38,767 nt of DNA from Salisapilia sapeloensis CBS 127946 (taxonomy: Eukaryota; Protista; Oomycota), in NCBI GenBank assembly GCA_023334545.1, contig JAADVB010000181.1:1-38767 (forward strand), in the 5' to 3' direction. The translations under genes were made by a program, and so were the position numbers. The notes beneath the pieces are model-generated. The model ran no database searches and was not told where the DNA came from. It worked only from the letters and a program-made list of their open reading frames with translations. Shown here in pieces: positions 20,540 to 32,299 of this stretch (within the stretch, counting starts at the first letter, position 1; each line of letters begins with the position of its first letter).

Positions 20540-23074
20540 ATGGACAAACCCAAAGTGCCAAAGTTCTCGTACTCTACCTCCATGGCAGACACGCGTGGAT
20601 GTGACCAAGCACCGTCGGTCGCTCAAGCAAAAGAATGGTTTCGAACGGTCATCCTTCCTCGACGTAAATGGGATGAGAACACAAAGAGCTATCGTCTTGT
20701 GGAAATGGGTGAAGACACGACTGGCTCTGAGCTCTTTCCAGTCTTTGGTACCAATCTGCGAGACCTTAGTCAATTCGGCATTGGCATCGGACTATACTTT
20801 CGCATGTTACTGCATCTAGCTGTGCTCATGTGCATCCTGTCTGCAGTTTCGATACCTGCCATCGTCTACTTTCTAAGTGCAGACTATTCTGGACCAATGG
20901 AAGAAAGACGTGTTCAAGTGGATGGACAGTTGGAAAGCGTCGACTGGCGCGTATGGGGTACAGCCGTGTGCACTCGCCATGAGCCAAATGGGACCACAAA
21001 CGATTGTCCTCTGGACGTCACACAATTCGGAGTAGACATAGTCTCGATTATCGTTCTCTGCCTTTATTGCATCATCGTGGAAGCACTGACGGAGCGAGCG
21101 CAGCGTCTCATTGATGCTCAGAATCAAACGGCAGCAGACTACTCAGTCGTCGTAAAAGACCCGAACGCGGATGCGTGGGAAGTAGATGAATGGTATGACT
21201 ACTTTCGTCAATTCGGAACGGTCAAAATGATCACTATAGCCGTGGATAACCACGCTCTGCTCTCGTCCTTGGCTCATAAACGATATTACGAAAGCATGGT
21301 CCGCATGGGCTCGACCAACCAGAGCTTGACGGAGCAAACGCTCCAAGAAGCCATGAATCAGGACAAAGCCATCCGTCGTACGCTTCGTCGAAAAGTATCC
21401 TTCTTCCGTCGCATGCTACAAGCCCTTGGTTTCTCTCGCGACCTACCATACTGGCAAGCAGCAGTCGCCAAGGAGCGACAGCGAGTGGCAGCACACTTGC
21501 GTCAAGGTCATTTCCCGGTCTCGGCTGTCTTTGCCATGTTCGAGACGGAGAAAGACAAGCAGCGCTGTCTTCTAAAGACACAGACAGGTCTTTGCGCTAC
21601 GTTCTACGATGCGAGCTCTCGTGTCGACTCTGCACATCGCTTTCGTGGGTCCAATGTTCTTCACATTGAAGAGCCAGTAGAACCTACGTCTGTCCTCTGG
21701 TCATCCGTTGGTGTCGGATGGCTCAAACGTTTCTCCCAACAAGTCTGTACGTTCATCATCTTAGTAGGCATGATAATCGCTGTCTACTTTGGTGCCACCT
21801 ACCTCAAGCATATACTCTACCCATCTGACCTGTCGGAAGGCGAAGCAAACAGTCGAGTGAAACAGTTTGTCCTTGCCTACGCTTTGTCTTTCTCTGACTT
21901 TGTCGGTTGCTACATCCTGTCGTACGTCGATCAATTGGAAGACCATCAGACGAAAGAACGGGAGCAACTGTCTCGACTGAATAAACTCCTGGTCTTTCGT
22001 GGATTCAACGGAGCAGTCGTACTATACTTGCTCATGGACTTTACAGACACCTTGTCGGAACGGAACTTAATGCAGATCCAAGCGTTGCTCATAGCTAACT
22101 TGACGACGAACCCTGTTCTCCAACTAATCGGTCCATATAGCCGGGTGATGCGTCTACTCTTTGCCAGAAGTGCTAAGACACAACGCAAGTTGGATCAGTA
22201 CTACTCGGGAGACTACTGGCAGCTATCCGAGCGCTACACGGACATCACCAAGTCTGTCGGTACGGCACTCTTCTTCAAGCCTTTGCTACCAACGGGACTA
22301 GCCATTACGATGTTATCTTTAATCGTCAATTACTGGGTTGACAAGTACTGTTTACTTCGGAAGTGGAAGACACCTCCCAAGTACGACGGTCTCCTCGCAC
22401 ATGCTTCGAGGTACCATTTACTAATCATCGCCCTCGCCTCGTTAATCATGGTCGGACACTGGTACAATGGATGGCCGTTTGATACTGAAACACAAGACAA
22501 ACTGAAAGACTTGAGCTTTTATAGCGACTATATGGATGAAGATGTAGTCCAAGTACTAGCGCGCATCGTCCCTCTACCTCGTGAGTTTGATAATATCGTG
22601 CTACGGATCGGTATGATTATCCTGTGTTCCGGCATCGTGTTGATTTGGGTGATTGGTGTTATCCTTTTTCTGTCAAGTGTCATCTTTCGAACGTATCGAC
22701 GCTATGTCAGCGGTCGATTGCGTGGTAATACGAAGAGTGAGACACAGCTCAGTACGGTGCCAGCTTCTAGAGTCAAGAACTTGGATGGATATGTGCAGAC
22801 GTATGAAACACCCTTGTCCGACTTTGCTTTCATCTCGGTGCCTTTGCATGACTTTGATAACAAGTACATCTCGTGGACGGGGGAACATGAAGACTACTGC
22901 CTTGCGGATGATGTACTGAAGGATATCAACTTTGCTAACATGGTTGCAGAGAAAGATGTTACGAGGATCTTTGGTATCTGCAAACAGTATGACACGTCGG
23001 AGGAAACAAGTGAAGGATCTTGGGTTTCCGTGAAGAAGCCCCAGCAGATCAAAGGTAGGCAGGATGTCGTTTAA
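20540..23074 (+). CDS. OSCA/TMEM63(CSC1)-like ion channel of the TMEM16/OSCA/TMC superfamily, 844 aa
   Basis: Single ORF with about 9-10 TM segments. Motifs: FGIGIGLYFRML, TAADYSVVVKDP, AVFAMFETE, EPVEPTSVLWSSV, ERYTDI...LFFKPLLP...VNYWVDKYCLLRKWKTPP. Confidence 0.8.
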   Translation: MDKPKVPKFSYSTSMADTRGCDQAPSVAQAKEWFRTVILPRRKWDENTKSYRLVEMGEDTTGSELFPVFGTNLRDLSQFGIGIGLYFRMLLHLAVLMCILSAVSIPAIVYFLSADYSGPMEERRVQVDGQLESVDWRVWGTAVCTRHEPNGTTNDCPLDVTQFGVDIVSIIVLCLYCIIVEALTERAQRLIDAQNQTAADYSVVVKDPNADAWEVDEWYDYFRQFGTVKMITIAVDNHALLSSLAHKRYYESMVRMGSTNQSLTEQTLQEAMNQDKAIRRTLRRKVSFFRRMLQALGFSRDLPYWQAAVAKERQRVAAHLRQGHFPVSAVFAMFETEKDKQRCLLKTQTGLCATFYDASSRVDSAHRFRGSNVLHIEEPVEPTSVLWSSVGVGWLKRFSQQVCTFIILVGMIIAVYFGATYLKHILYPSDLSEGEANSRVKQFVLAYALSFSDFVGCYILSYVDQLEDHQTKEREQLSRLNKLLVFRGFNGAVVLYLLMDFTDTLSERNLMQIQALLIANLTTNPVLQLIGPYSRVMRLLFARSAKTQRKLDQYYSGDYWQLSERYTDITKSVGTALFFKPLLPTGLAITMLSLIVNYWVDKYCLLRKWKTPPKYDGLLAHASRYHLLIIALASLIMVGHWYNGWPFDTETQDKLKDLSFYSDYMDEDVVQVLARIVPLPREFDNIVLRIGMIILCSGIVLIWVIGVILFLSSVIFRTYRRYVSGRLRGNTKSETQLSTVPASRVKNLDGYVQTYETPLSDFAFISVPLHDFDNKYISWTGEHEDYCLADDVLKDINFANMVAEKDVTRIFGICKQYDTSEETSEGSWVSVKKPQQIKGRQDVV

Positions 23075-24158
23075 ACACCTTGAAATGAAATCTATGTGGG
23101 AAAACTTGTAAGGTTGAATCGGAAAGTTCTTTCAGATATGGACAAATTGGTTTGAACACTATTCCAGGGTCTGTCCAGCTAGAGATACTATTCGTAATAG
23201 CCCGAGTAATGTTATTTAGAAGTTAACAACTGCTTGGACTAAGTATGATTGACGGTGTTTTCCAAATGCTTTTCGTGAGGATGACTCACCGTAGAGTCCT
23301 TCCAATACTTTATTTTCGTAGATTTAGAATCGTGCATGAGATATCTTGAGACTATCTTAAAGCGTTCTTGATTGCTTTTGATGCCATCTAGATGATTAGA
23401 ACTGTAGTGAGAGGTAGAAAGATTTATCGAAACGTCACAGTTGCGGTATATGGTAGTTGATGAAAGGTGTTTGCAGATTGCTTTAAATAAAATGGTGGGC
23501 TGGTAGAACTGAATACAGTTCACATGAGTGGATGGTAATTAAGTCTCAAACATTTTGCTTGGCAATGTTGTTGGCATCCCTATGAAAGCGAGGAAAGCGT
23601 TATTTATTTATCAAATAATAAATGTTTGCCCCTTTTCTGTCATAGCTTGGCGTATCCAACTGACCTATCGATTAAAAACTCAATGGCATTTAAATCTATA
23701 ATTTTGTCTAGCTCGCGAGAAATTGAAGCCATTTGTTATTTGTAATTATTTAGCATGATGATCAAGTTAAAAAATGGTGTCTTTACTGGCACTTATGCTA
23801 AAGTCAGTGCTCATACTGGTTTTGCTTCTAGATGGACTTAAAACATAGACGCAATTTAAAAAGAAAAGTCTCAATACCGACTACAGAACTCTTTCGAACA
23901 ACTAAAAGACTAGTGTTGTATCTGATGATGCACATAAATGTACGTCGCGCATTTTCATGAGTATATATACCTAGAATAGCAAAGTGCTACTTAACAGACT
24001 TAACTATATGAAGTGTGATCAAGCTAGACTTTATTATTTCTTGGTTATGACTTTAGTGTCATGGAGATGAGTCTATTTATTATTGTAGCCAGACAGGTTG
24101 AACAGTCTACAAGAAGATAGTTTTACGCTAACTTTTATCAAAATATCCTGTGAGAACG

Positions 24159-24322
24159 ATGAACGTCGATGGACACCTAGGTTACCAAGCCGATAGTGAT
24201 GGATGCAATTTTGCTGTGGCAGCCATTCAGCATGGAATAGGTTAGATCTAGTCGGCTATTTAGTGGATACAAATCTGATCAACCACTTAACTTATGAGAA
24301 ATCACTATGCCATTATATATAG
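24159..24322 (+). pseudogene. Possible decayed ankyrin-repeat fragment
   Basis: MNVDGHLGYQADSDGCNFAVAAIQHG, then a frameshift into RLDLVGYLVDTNLIN, together resemble one ankyrin repeat (DxDGxTxLxxAxxxGxLDxVxYLV). Short and could be chance. Confidence 0.25.
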
Positions 24323-26751
24323 GGTGGGCCTGGTCTGCTAATGACGCGAAAGCATACCAACCAACGAATGTCGGATACCGTCCATGTATCTGAAAGCATT
24401 TCATGCTGTCTATTTATTTGTTTCTGATGACGCAGTCCAAATAGTGGCATCGACGCATCTTATAGACAGAGAGTCGATCTAAAAACCATTCGGATAGATT
24501 CTCACAGCCTTAAAATGAATAAGCTGGTAAGGTGAAGTATGTGTAAATAAACGTCTAACATAATAGCATAAGTCTATAAGTATTGTATGCTTGGAGTATT
24601 TCGAATAGCGCGAAATTGTGCACATTCTACACAAACAATAGACTTTACATGCGGCATATGACCTGATATTCATACCAGCACCGCGTTGAGCTCTATGAAC
24701 ATTCATGCCAAGAAGAATAAGGCTGACAGCTGTTGCACATTAGCGATAATAGGTCAAAATTAAAGTAGAAAGCAGCTTATATGTTGTGTACTTGGTCCTT
24801 TCATAGAAATAAAAGCAAAGTTCACTATCAAGATAAGTCTTACGCGAGGTATGCTATAATATTTAATATCGAATGCATACTTTATTTATTTTAAGTGAAC
24901 ATCTGTTGTTGAAAAGCCTGAATAAACACATATAAGTATTAAATTATCTTACGTATTTGGTATCGTCTCATATATGACATATACATGTGAAGTATTGGTT
25001 TTTCTATCTATTGTTGCAAAGGCAGAGGTATATTAAATTTCGTTTAGTCTACGTCTACCCTTGAAACCCACCGGCGGTGGGCTTAACCATTCCGAGAAAT
25101 GGTGTTATACACGCTCGGTTCATTCGGAGTCAGATGAATGGAGTGAGACCGCTAATTGATTCCAGAGCTCCCAATGCTGTGACCTACGCTCTTTAGTGAC
25201 GATGGTCGATACCAGTGGCGCAGTCGACAGTGTTTCTACTACTTGACTGCACTCCCTGACTTCTCCGTGGATCCTGTGGAATGCCTTTAACCATGCTCAC
25301 CATTCGGTATGTTTGAATGACGCTTGGTTGTTCATGACTATAAGTTTATCCCCATTGGAAGGACAGTTGTGGATAAGTCGCAGTGTTGTCGGTTGCTCTC
25401 TATATTGGTTCTTTCTTAACACGGATCCAAGGCAACATATTTTCTCCATTGAAGTTGATGCCATTGAAGGGATCAAACATCCAAGATGGACTCACTATTC
25501 GGCGTACGAAGACCTCAGTCGTTTATACGAAGAGCCTACGTTAAAGAAACATAGACTGCCAATTGCCGTGCGTGCTATGAGGACCGGTGTGATATAAAAC
25601 AAGTTTTACTAGGTTTGTAAGTATTAGTTTGAAGTTTTTTGTATTTAAAGCGTACATTGAACCAATGCTTGAAAGCTTATAGTAATGGTGAAGATTATTA
25701 TTAGAAGAATGGACTGGTCTGGTATGACAGGGAGATAAAGACATCTATAGCGGGGATGCATCGGCCTGGGCACGAAATATCCTCTTGTCTTAAAATTAAG
25801 TTATGTTATTTCGCATACGCATAGTTGAGCTACCCTAAAGTTAAAGCCATCGCTTCCGTCCGTAGTGTCTACAACGGCATGGTCAGTTAGAAGCTTATAC
25901 TGCGCTGTTGTACTCCATGACGCAAAAGGCTACAAAATTCTAGTGATCGCTATAGTACACAGCCATGACTAATGATTAACTTGTGCGCTCTTTATTAATG
26001 GGCGTTTGTACAAAGAAGCAATGTATCTCCTAGTCTGTTGTTTGATGATGAACAGATACCACATTTATAACATGAAATGCAACTAGCGGCAGTAAGAGCA
26101 ACGTCTTAAAATGGAAAGAAAAATATGCCCCTAAGTATTTGCCATGGAAAGTAAAATTCATATTATGTACGTAAGTATGCTCGTCATTTGGTACCGGAGT
26201 TTCTCCGATTAGATGTCGCTTTTCGAGTAGTGAATCAGTAACAGATTCATTGGTACGCAAAGATTCAATTTGTTCGATTTATCTAAATTCATAGTAAGAC
26301 ATTGCATTAATGGTAATGTCAACGAAATACAAGATCTATCGGAGCTATGCATATGCAAAACTCCGAGTAGATCTCCATGCATAATCGTAGTTTTCCACAA
26401 CTGTTCTGGAAACTTCCTTCATATACCGCCTCTACAAAGACTCCTCTGCTTTGAAAGGCATTAAAAGACATATCAATAATGACCACAGTCACAAGCCGAT
26501 ACGACTCAACACTTCCACATTCTATTTATCTGCTAACAAACCAATACATCTACTTCCTCCAGCATCTCCTCATAGTACAACGTAGAGTCGGATTCAGCAC
26601 CATCCAAACAGTACCATCCCATTGACTTGCACATCCTTTCATCGCACTTAAACACACCATCCTACTTGAATCTTTTTCATCCACATATATTTGCAACTGT
26701 AACAAGAGGCCAATCCGACTCAAGCTCTCTTGCACACTCCGACTTGTCCGT

Positions 26752-28242
26752 CTAGACATTCGCCGACTTCTGTGGGTCCTCAATCGTTTTATCCAGCAAG
26801 TAATTCTCCACTAGTTGATGGCTCCAGCTAATGGTCGAAGTCACCGAGTTCGCCACCAAGTCCGTCAGGAGCCGCACACTCTTCTCATCCACTTCCCGAC
26901 CTCCTTGCTCTCCTCCATGCATGCCATGGAAACTATCGTTATTAATCTCTGGTTGGATGATAAAACACGTCTGGACGAGCGTATAGTCATGCGGTGTCGC
27001 GTGGATGCGTTGCAAGAGACTATAGCCTCTCTCTTGAAGCGTAATACCGTCCGCGACACCGTGCGAAAAGTTAAACGGACTCGAGTAACATCGCCAGGCG
27101 ATAACGACTTTATCATTATCCACATGCTTTCGGAACGTCTGACGGACATCAAAGTCGCACGTCATCTGATTATGCCGCAGCTCCAGTCCAAAGCGTTCGA
27201 TGATAATGTCTGCAGCCAGATCCTTGTGCTCACATTGCTCCAAGACCTTGGCGGCCAAGTCTGATGTGCGACGGAAGCTCTGGTGATTGTAGCTATACCT
27301 TTCCGGGATATTCGTCAAGCAGTCGGCAAAATGCTGCCACGTCGCTTCCGCCACAGGTTCGAGACTAAACGGCATCACTTTGCTACCAAAGATGTCCATC
27401 ATGGAGCCTGTCGGACCTTCCTGCCGGACTTGAACGCCGCGACGAGAAGCAGAGAGTCGCTGACAACCGTCCGGACCGAAGACAGCTTCCACGCGACTTA
27501 GCGCGTGGTCCGTGTCGTCCAGTAAGGCTTTAAAAATTTTCACTTCAGTCTTCTCGTCTCCCATTTCATGCAAATGTTTCTTCCGACGACGTTCTGCCTG
27601 TCCTTCCTCCGACTTGAGGATACGTGTCGTCGTGCGTTTATTCAAATCGGCCTGTAGCTTCCGCGCGACTTTCATCTGACCTTCTAATAGGAGCTTGAGG
27701 CGAATGTTTTCTCGCTCGGAACGTTCGCGGGCTTCAAATTGACGAGAAGCGAGGTCCTGCCACACGTATGCACCATGTGTTGCGGACCAGGAGCTCGCTC
27801 GCACGGCTGACGCGACCCACGAGGAGCCTGCAGGCGCCGACACTGGCCGCAAACGCTGCCGACGCTCGCCCTCCGGCTGCTGCTTCATTTCATGTAGCTG
27901 CTGTTCGAGCTGCTGTGCGCGACGACGCAAATAGATGAGCTCCTGCTTGCGTTCGTCCCGCGCCCTATTGGAGTTCGTGCTACGAGAAGCCGTGAGTGGC
28001 GGCTGCGAGACGCGCCGTCGCTTACTAGTGTTCCTATCTGTACTATTGTTGCTATTGGTATTGGTGTTCGCTGACTGTGGTGCTGGCAGTTGAAGCTCCG
28101 TGGTGTCTTGCAAGAGGGTCTTGAGTTCATGATCATCTTCGGTCGAGTGATCATCCATTTCATCCAGTAGATGCAAGACCGAGGACAGATCATCGTCTGT
28201 GAATTGCTCGTGAATCGGGAGCACGGGTGACAATTCCGTCAT
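26752..28242 (-). CDS. Basic/coiled-coil (bZIP-like) + START-like protein, copy A (family often labelled M96 mating-specific in oomycete annotations), 496 aa
   Basis: NRARDERKQELIYLRRRAQQLEQQL; WQDLASRQ...ERENIRLK; KVMPFS...IIERFG...RKHVDNDKVVIAWR...GITLQERGY. Single ORF. Confidence 0.85.
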   Translation of the reverse strand: MTELSPVLPIHEQFTDDDLSSVLHLLDEMDDHSTEDDHELKTLLQDTTELQLPAPQSANTNTNSNNSTDRNTSKRRRVSQPPLTASRSTNSNRARDERKQELIYLRRRAQQLEQQLHEMKQQPEGERRQRLRPVSAPAGSSWVASAVRASSWSATHGAYVWQDLASRQFEARERSERENIRLKLLLEGQMKVARKLQADLNKRTTTRILKSEEGQAERRRKKHLHEMGDEKTEVKIFKALLDDTDHALSRVEAVFGPDGCQRLSASRRGVQVRQEGPTGSMMDIFGSKVMPFSLEPVAEATWQHFADCLTNIPERYSYNHQSFRRTSDLAAKVLEQCEHKDLAADIIIERFGLELRHNQMTCDFDVRQTFRKHVDNDKVVIAWRCYSSPFNFSHGVADGITLQERGYSLLQRIHATPHDYTLVQTCFIIQPEINNDSFHGMHGGEQGGREVDEKSVRLLTDLVANSVTSTISWSHQLVENYLLDKTIEDPQKSANV

Positions 28243-28907
28243 GCTACTAGTCCGATTCCTACTTGATCCGTTCGTATTGTTTCTACCAGTCGAGGTCGTA
28301 CGAGTGCGTACGTTTCACAAGTAACATGTTATCTGAAATGCCTTGGAGGCCAGGAGAATATATGATTCGAACGAACCACTCATCATTAGCATCTGCCGGA
28401 CGGACGGTATGAGATACGGAGCACGACAGAGAGGCTCGAGTCAGAGCAGGTGGTTGTGGATGAAGAAAGCGACTAAGATAGAGTGTCCGTAGACGTACAA
28501 GCAGATACGAACGACGTGCAACTTTCTATCGTACAAAAGAGCTCGAAAGGGTTGACAAGATATTTTTCCTACTTGGAGAAGAAATGAAAAGTCGTCTATT
28601 CCAGGATACACGTAGTACATTAAGTGTCCCTTGGATTCACATGTAACCGTCTGATAACGGCAAGATGGTCCAGACCACGTACCTTCAAGTGCATATAAAG
28701 CAGACGAAAGAAAGGATAATTGGTATTCCTTACGAGAATCTATCTCTACGGCTTGAAGACATGACGATACACGGTAGCATCAGATACAAACACCCAGTCA
28801 ATTACGCATATTCGACTCGACGTGTGCGTACGCTCCTGTCTACGCCAGACATCGTCGAATGCTGTGTACGCTAGGTTTAAATCAAGTACATCAAGCATAC
28901 GAATCGA

Positions 28908-30285
28908 CTAGACACATCGTAGTTGTGGAATCGATGGCTGGGTACACGCTTCTGCAAAGTGTTCGACTAATTTACTCTCCACCGCTCGCTGGGCAGAGCT
29001 AATGTTGCGGACGGTCGAGTCTAGAATGAACTCGGCTAGTGCCTCGACATGTGTCTGGGAGGCAGCATTCGGATCCGTCACGCGTGGCTCACCGACGTAC
29101 CTCGTACGCACGAGAGCATAGTCACTCGACAGCTCATTCGATTTTTCAATGACAAAGTACCCGCGCTCGATAAACTGGACACCTGTCGTCGGCTCAGAGG
29201 CAAAGTTCTGCGGATCAATGTGCGCTCGCCAGATGATCACGACGCGATCTTCTTCCACACGTCGACTCCACAGCTCGTGCACGCGGAAGCTCGCAGCTTT
29301 CCCATCTACATGTAGCTCAATCCCAAAGCGTTCTAATATCGTATCGGTCTCGTCGGACGGAATCTGCGACTGGAACTGTTGACGTTCATTTCCTGCTGCG
29401 ACTGTCTTCCAGTACGCTGCACCTGTGCTCCGAACGTCGAATGGAAGACGCTTACGGAGCATAATCTCAATGTTAACGCTATTCTCTGTCTTGTTCGTTC
29501 GAGCCGTGACGTCGTCGACGAACGATCGGAAGCCGACGGTCGTATTGAGATTCGATTCCATCGGGACACCGTCCGTCGCTTCCTGGAATAGCTTTTCGTT
29601 ATTTTCAAGTAGTTTATTACGAATCTCTCGATCCGTCGGATGCTCCTCCGTGTCATAGATGCGATAGAAGCGACCTTCATTGCCTAAGAAGGAAGATTTC
29701 TACCTCGAATACGTTAGTTGCAAGCACTATCAGCATCCACAAGTAAGCACGTACCGATGACTCAGTCTGACTACGCCATTGCTGCTGCAATTGATGGATC
29801 TGGAGCAATTGTCCGGCCATTTGAATACGTAGACTCGCATTCTCCTGCTCGGAGTCGGTACGTGCAACGGCTCGTTGGACTGCCATTTGTCGCCAGCTCG
29901 CTTTATTACGGTCTTCTGGTGCCATAGCCTGCCAGTCGAGCTCCTTCATCGCTTTCTTCTCTTCTAGCTCTTGCACATGCTTCAATAACGTTGGCACGAC
30001 GACGTCCCGAAGGTGTTTATGCTCCCTCGTGCGCTCTTCCCGAGCTTTGTTCGGGTTAAAGCCAGGCGGTCGGACCTTCTTCGGCTTAGCCCCATTGCTC
30101 GTCTTCTTTTGCGATGTCTTGCGTCGACTCTGCTTGGGTTTACTAGTGGTGGAGGACGTCGTCGATGGGACGCTCGTGCTATTGCTACTGCTACTGCTAG
30201 AAATCTCTGTGTACTTGTCTAAGAATGAAACGACGTCTTCAATAGTGCCCCAGTCGTCTTCTAGTAGCTGCATGTCCTCCCCCAT
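28908..30285 (-). CDS. bZIP-like + START-like protein, copy B; complement(join(28908..29699,29755..30285)), 440 aa
   Basis: Phase-0 intron 29754-29700 (GTACGT...CTAAC...TAG). Motifs NPNKAREER, SEQENASLR, RLPFD, TILERFG, RRVEEDRVVIIWR, GVQFIERGY. Confidence 0.85.
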
Positions 30286-30307
30286 GACGTCCTTACGCTG
30301 TCTGCCG

Positions 30308-30322
30308 AAGATTGCCGAATGA
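30308..30322 (-). promoter_or_regulatory. Initiator/FPR-like motif of copy B
   Basis: Minus strand TCATTCGGCAATCTT lies about 25-35 nt upstream of ATG 30285, which argues against the ORF-track GTG start at 30342. Confidence 0.5.
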
Positions 30323-30739
30323 CTCGAATGAATGGCATGCACTTCCTCCGGATGCTTTGTACCTGTCAGTGGGTAAAAACGGGTCTATTCAGATAACATT
30401 ACATAGACTACATTCAGGTCATATAATTTTATATTGGTTGTATTTTGTATAAAACGATACTATCCTTAGAGAAAGGCTTAATTAGATATTATTCAGTCTC
30501 AGAGGGCACGCTATGCCAGTTGATGATGGGGACATTGAAGATACGTGCGTATGGTCATGGATACGTCGACACTACTTCAACGTAACGTTCAGTTGCCACG
30601 TATCATTGGTAGCTTGGAGGCTGCGAAGCGATCTAGTTGGACGAAATAGAAATGTACACGACATGAGTGTATCGTATGATTGGAATCAGAACACGCTAGA
30701 TTCTAGGATCAATGGCCTTCCATGCTTTCTCAGCTTTAG

Positions 30740-32193
30740 CTAGACATTAAAGACCGACCGGACTTTTGCGGTGCTACCTCCGAATCCAATGTCTAGACTT
30801 TCATCTTCATCGTCGCTTAGGATCGCTGTGCCATCACTTCGTTCGCCCGACTCGAGGTCTGTTGCTACTTGCGAGTACGTCGAAGCTCCGTCCATTCGCT
30901 GCATCTGGCGCCAGAGGTACCATCCACTGCACCCGATGATGATGCAACAACCAACGACCGGCAAGACTTCTTCTAGCATCACTGGGTGTATGTCGATCCA
31001 CGCCTGCGGAACAAGGGACATGTACAAGAAAACAGTAAAGTCGAAGGAGCCATGAGCCAGGACAGCTGGCACAAGTATCTTAGCCTTGGTCTTGTACGAT
31101 CCCAAGGACTTGGACACAGCCGCAGATGCCGACGACGATGCATTCTCCACCGCCTGGCGACGATGACGACGCACTTCCTGCATATGCGACACGAGTCGGA
31201 CGCCAGTGAGGCCACCGCAGACAGCGTGGATAGGTGCACTCGTGCATGCTCGAAGCAAGGCTGTCACGAGGCGCTTGTGGGTCGTACTTTGCATGATAAC
31301 GTATCCAATATTTTCAATAAATGAAAAGCCGAGAGCACCGGAGATGACAGCAGCAAATACGACAAAGTTGTGGCTGTCGTGTCGGTCGGCGGAATACAAG
31401 AGTCGTTTCGGGTGACACAACCATCCTCGCTGCCTCCGACGCTGCGGAATGGAGGCAGACGATCGACTTGATGAGCGAGTGCACCTTCGACAGCATTTCA
31501 TCTGACAAGCACATTCGCCTTGGACGATCCATAGCTTGACCGCTTCTTCCACCAGCCCTGCGACAATGTAGGCCATGAGGAAGAGAAAGATAAAGTAACC
31601 AAGTGTCTGCTCAATATCTAACTTGTGGAGGATGTGACCCCATCGTGTGGAAGCAGCTGCAAGCTTGGGAGCACCGAGTGCCTCGATAGTAAGGTCTTGA
31701 TACTGTTGTTTAATAGATTCCAACTGGTCGGCAAAGCACACGAAGAGAAAGATAGGTAGCAATAGGAATTGCAATAGTAAAACAATAATAGATCCGGGCA
31801 CAATTCCACCTATAAAGCAGTAGACGAGCTGAAGGAGTTCCCGGTCACTGTGCATGGCATGGCGAGTAGGACATGAATTAGTTTATAACATGTCATTTCG
31901 ACTGTATAAGACGCATAGGAGCGTACGTGATGCCGCGGGTGGATTGCTGCTTTTTGATGTATGTTGTGAAAAGAGCTGGAGGTATGGACAAGATGACAAG
32001 TATCAGCGCTAATTCCGCTTGGCCCAAGATCTACGTCCGAAGCTTCGATTAGAACGCCTTGTACGCAACAAAGCAGCATATAAATGGATAGAAAGATCCG
32101 TACCGCAAGTATGAAAAACAAGAGCAAGCATCCAATCGCATATTGCGTCCGACTGCCCGTCCAAAGCCTCGAGAATGCGGCGCGAATGGCCAT
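30740..32193 (-). CDS. PrsW-family intramembrane protease; complement(join(30740..31847,31927..32030,32104..32193)), 433 aa
   Basis: Catalytic motifs GLVEEAVK, GFSFIEN, PIHAVCG and AHGSFD. Two GT-AG introns (32103-32031, 73 nt; 31926-31848, 79 nt) add two N-terminal hydrophobic exons in frame (…LFFILA-ILGQAELALILVILSIPP…RGI-T-DRELL). Confidence 0.88.
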
Positions 32194-32299
32194 CTCGCGA
32201 ATTGTGTTGTGCTTGTACCTTACCTGTACAGCCCCTCAAACGTAATACTAACAAAAGAAAAAGAAAAGAAGTGGTATTTCGAAAGAAAAGAAAAACAGC

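Noticed and set aside
25400-25500. Minus-strand FNGENMLPW resembling the Ty1/copia gag N-terminal motif
   Set aside because: Only a few residues match, it is flanked by stops, and I found no LTR, PBS, integrase or RT motif nearby.
26030-26750. Stop-riddled minus-strand frame (WYCLDGAESDSTLYYEEMLEEVDVLVC...) suggesting a pseudogene
   Set aside because: I could not match it to any family, so it cannot be distinguished from random intergenic sequence without a search.
30740-32193. Bacterial contamination or recent horizontal transfer of prsW
   Set aside because: The gene has two canonical spliceosomal introns like its neighbours and sits between eukaryotic genes.
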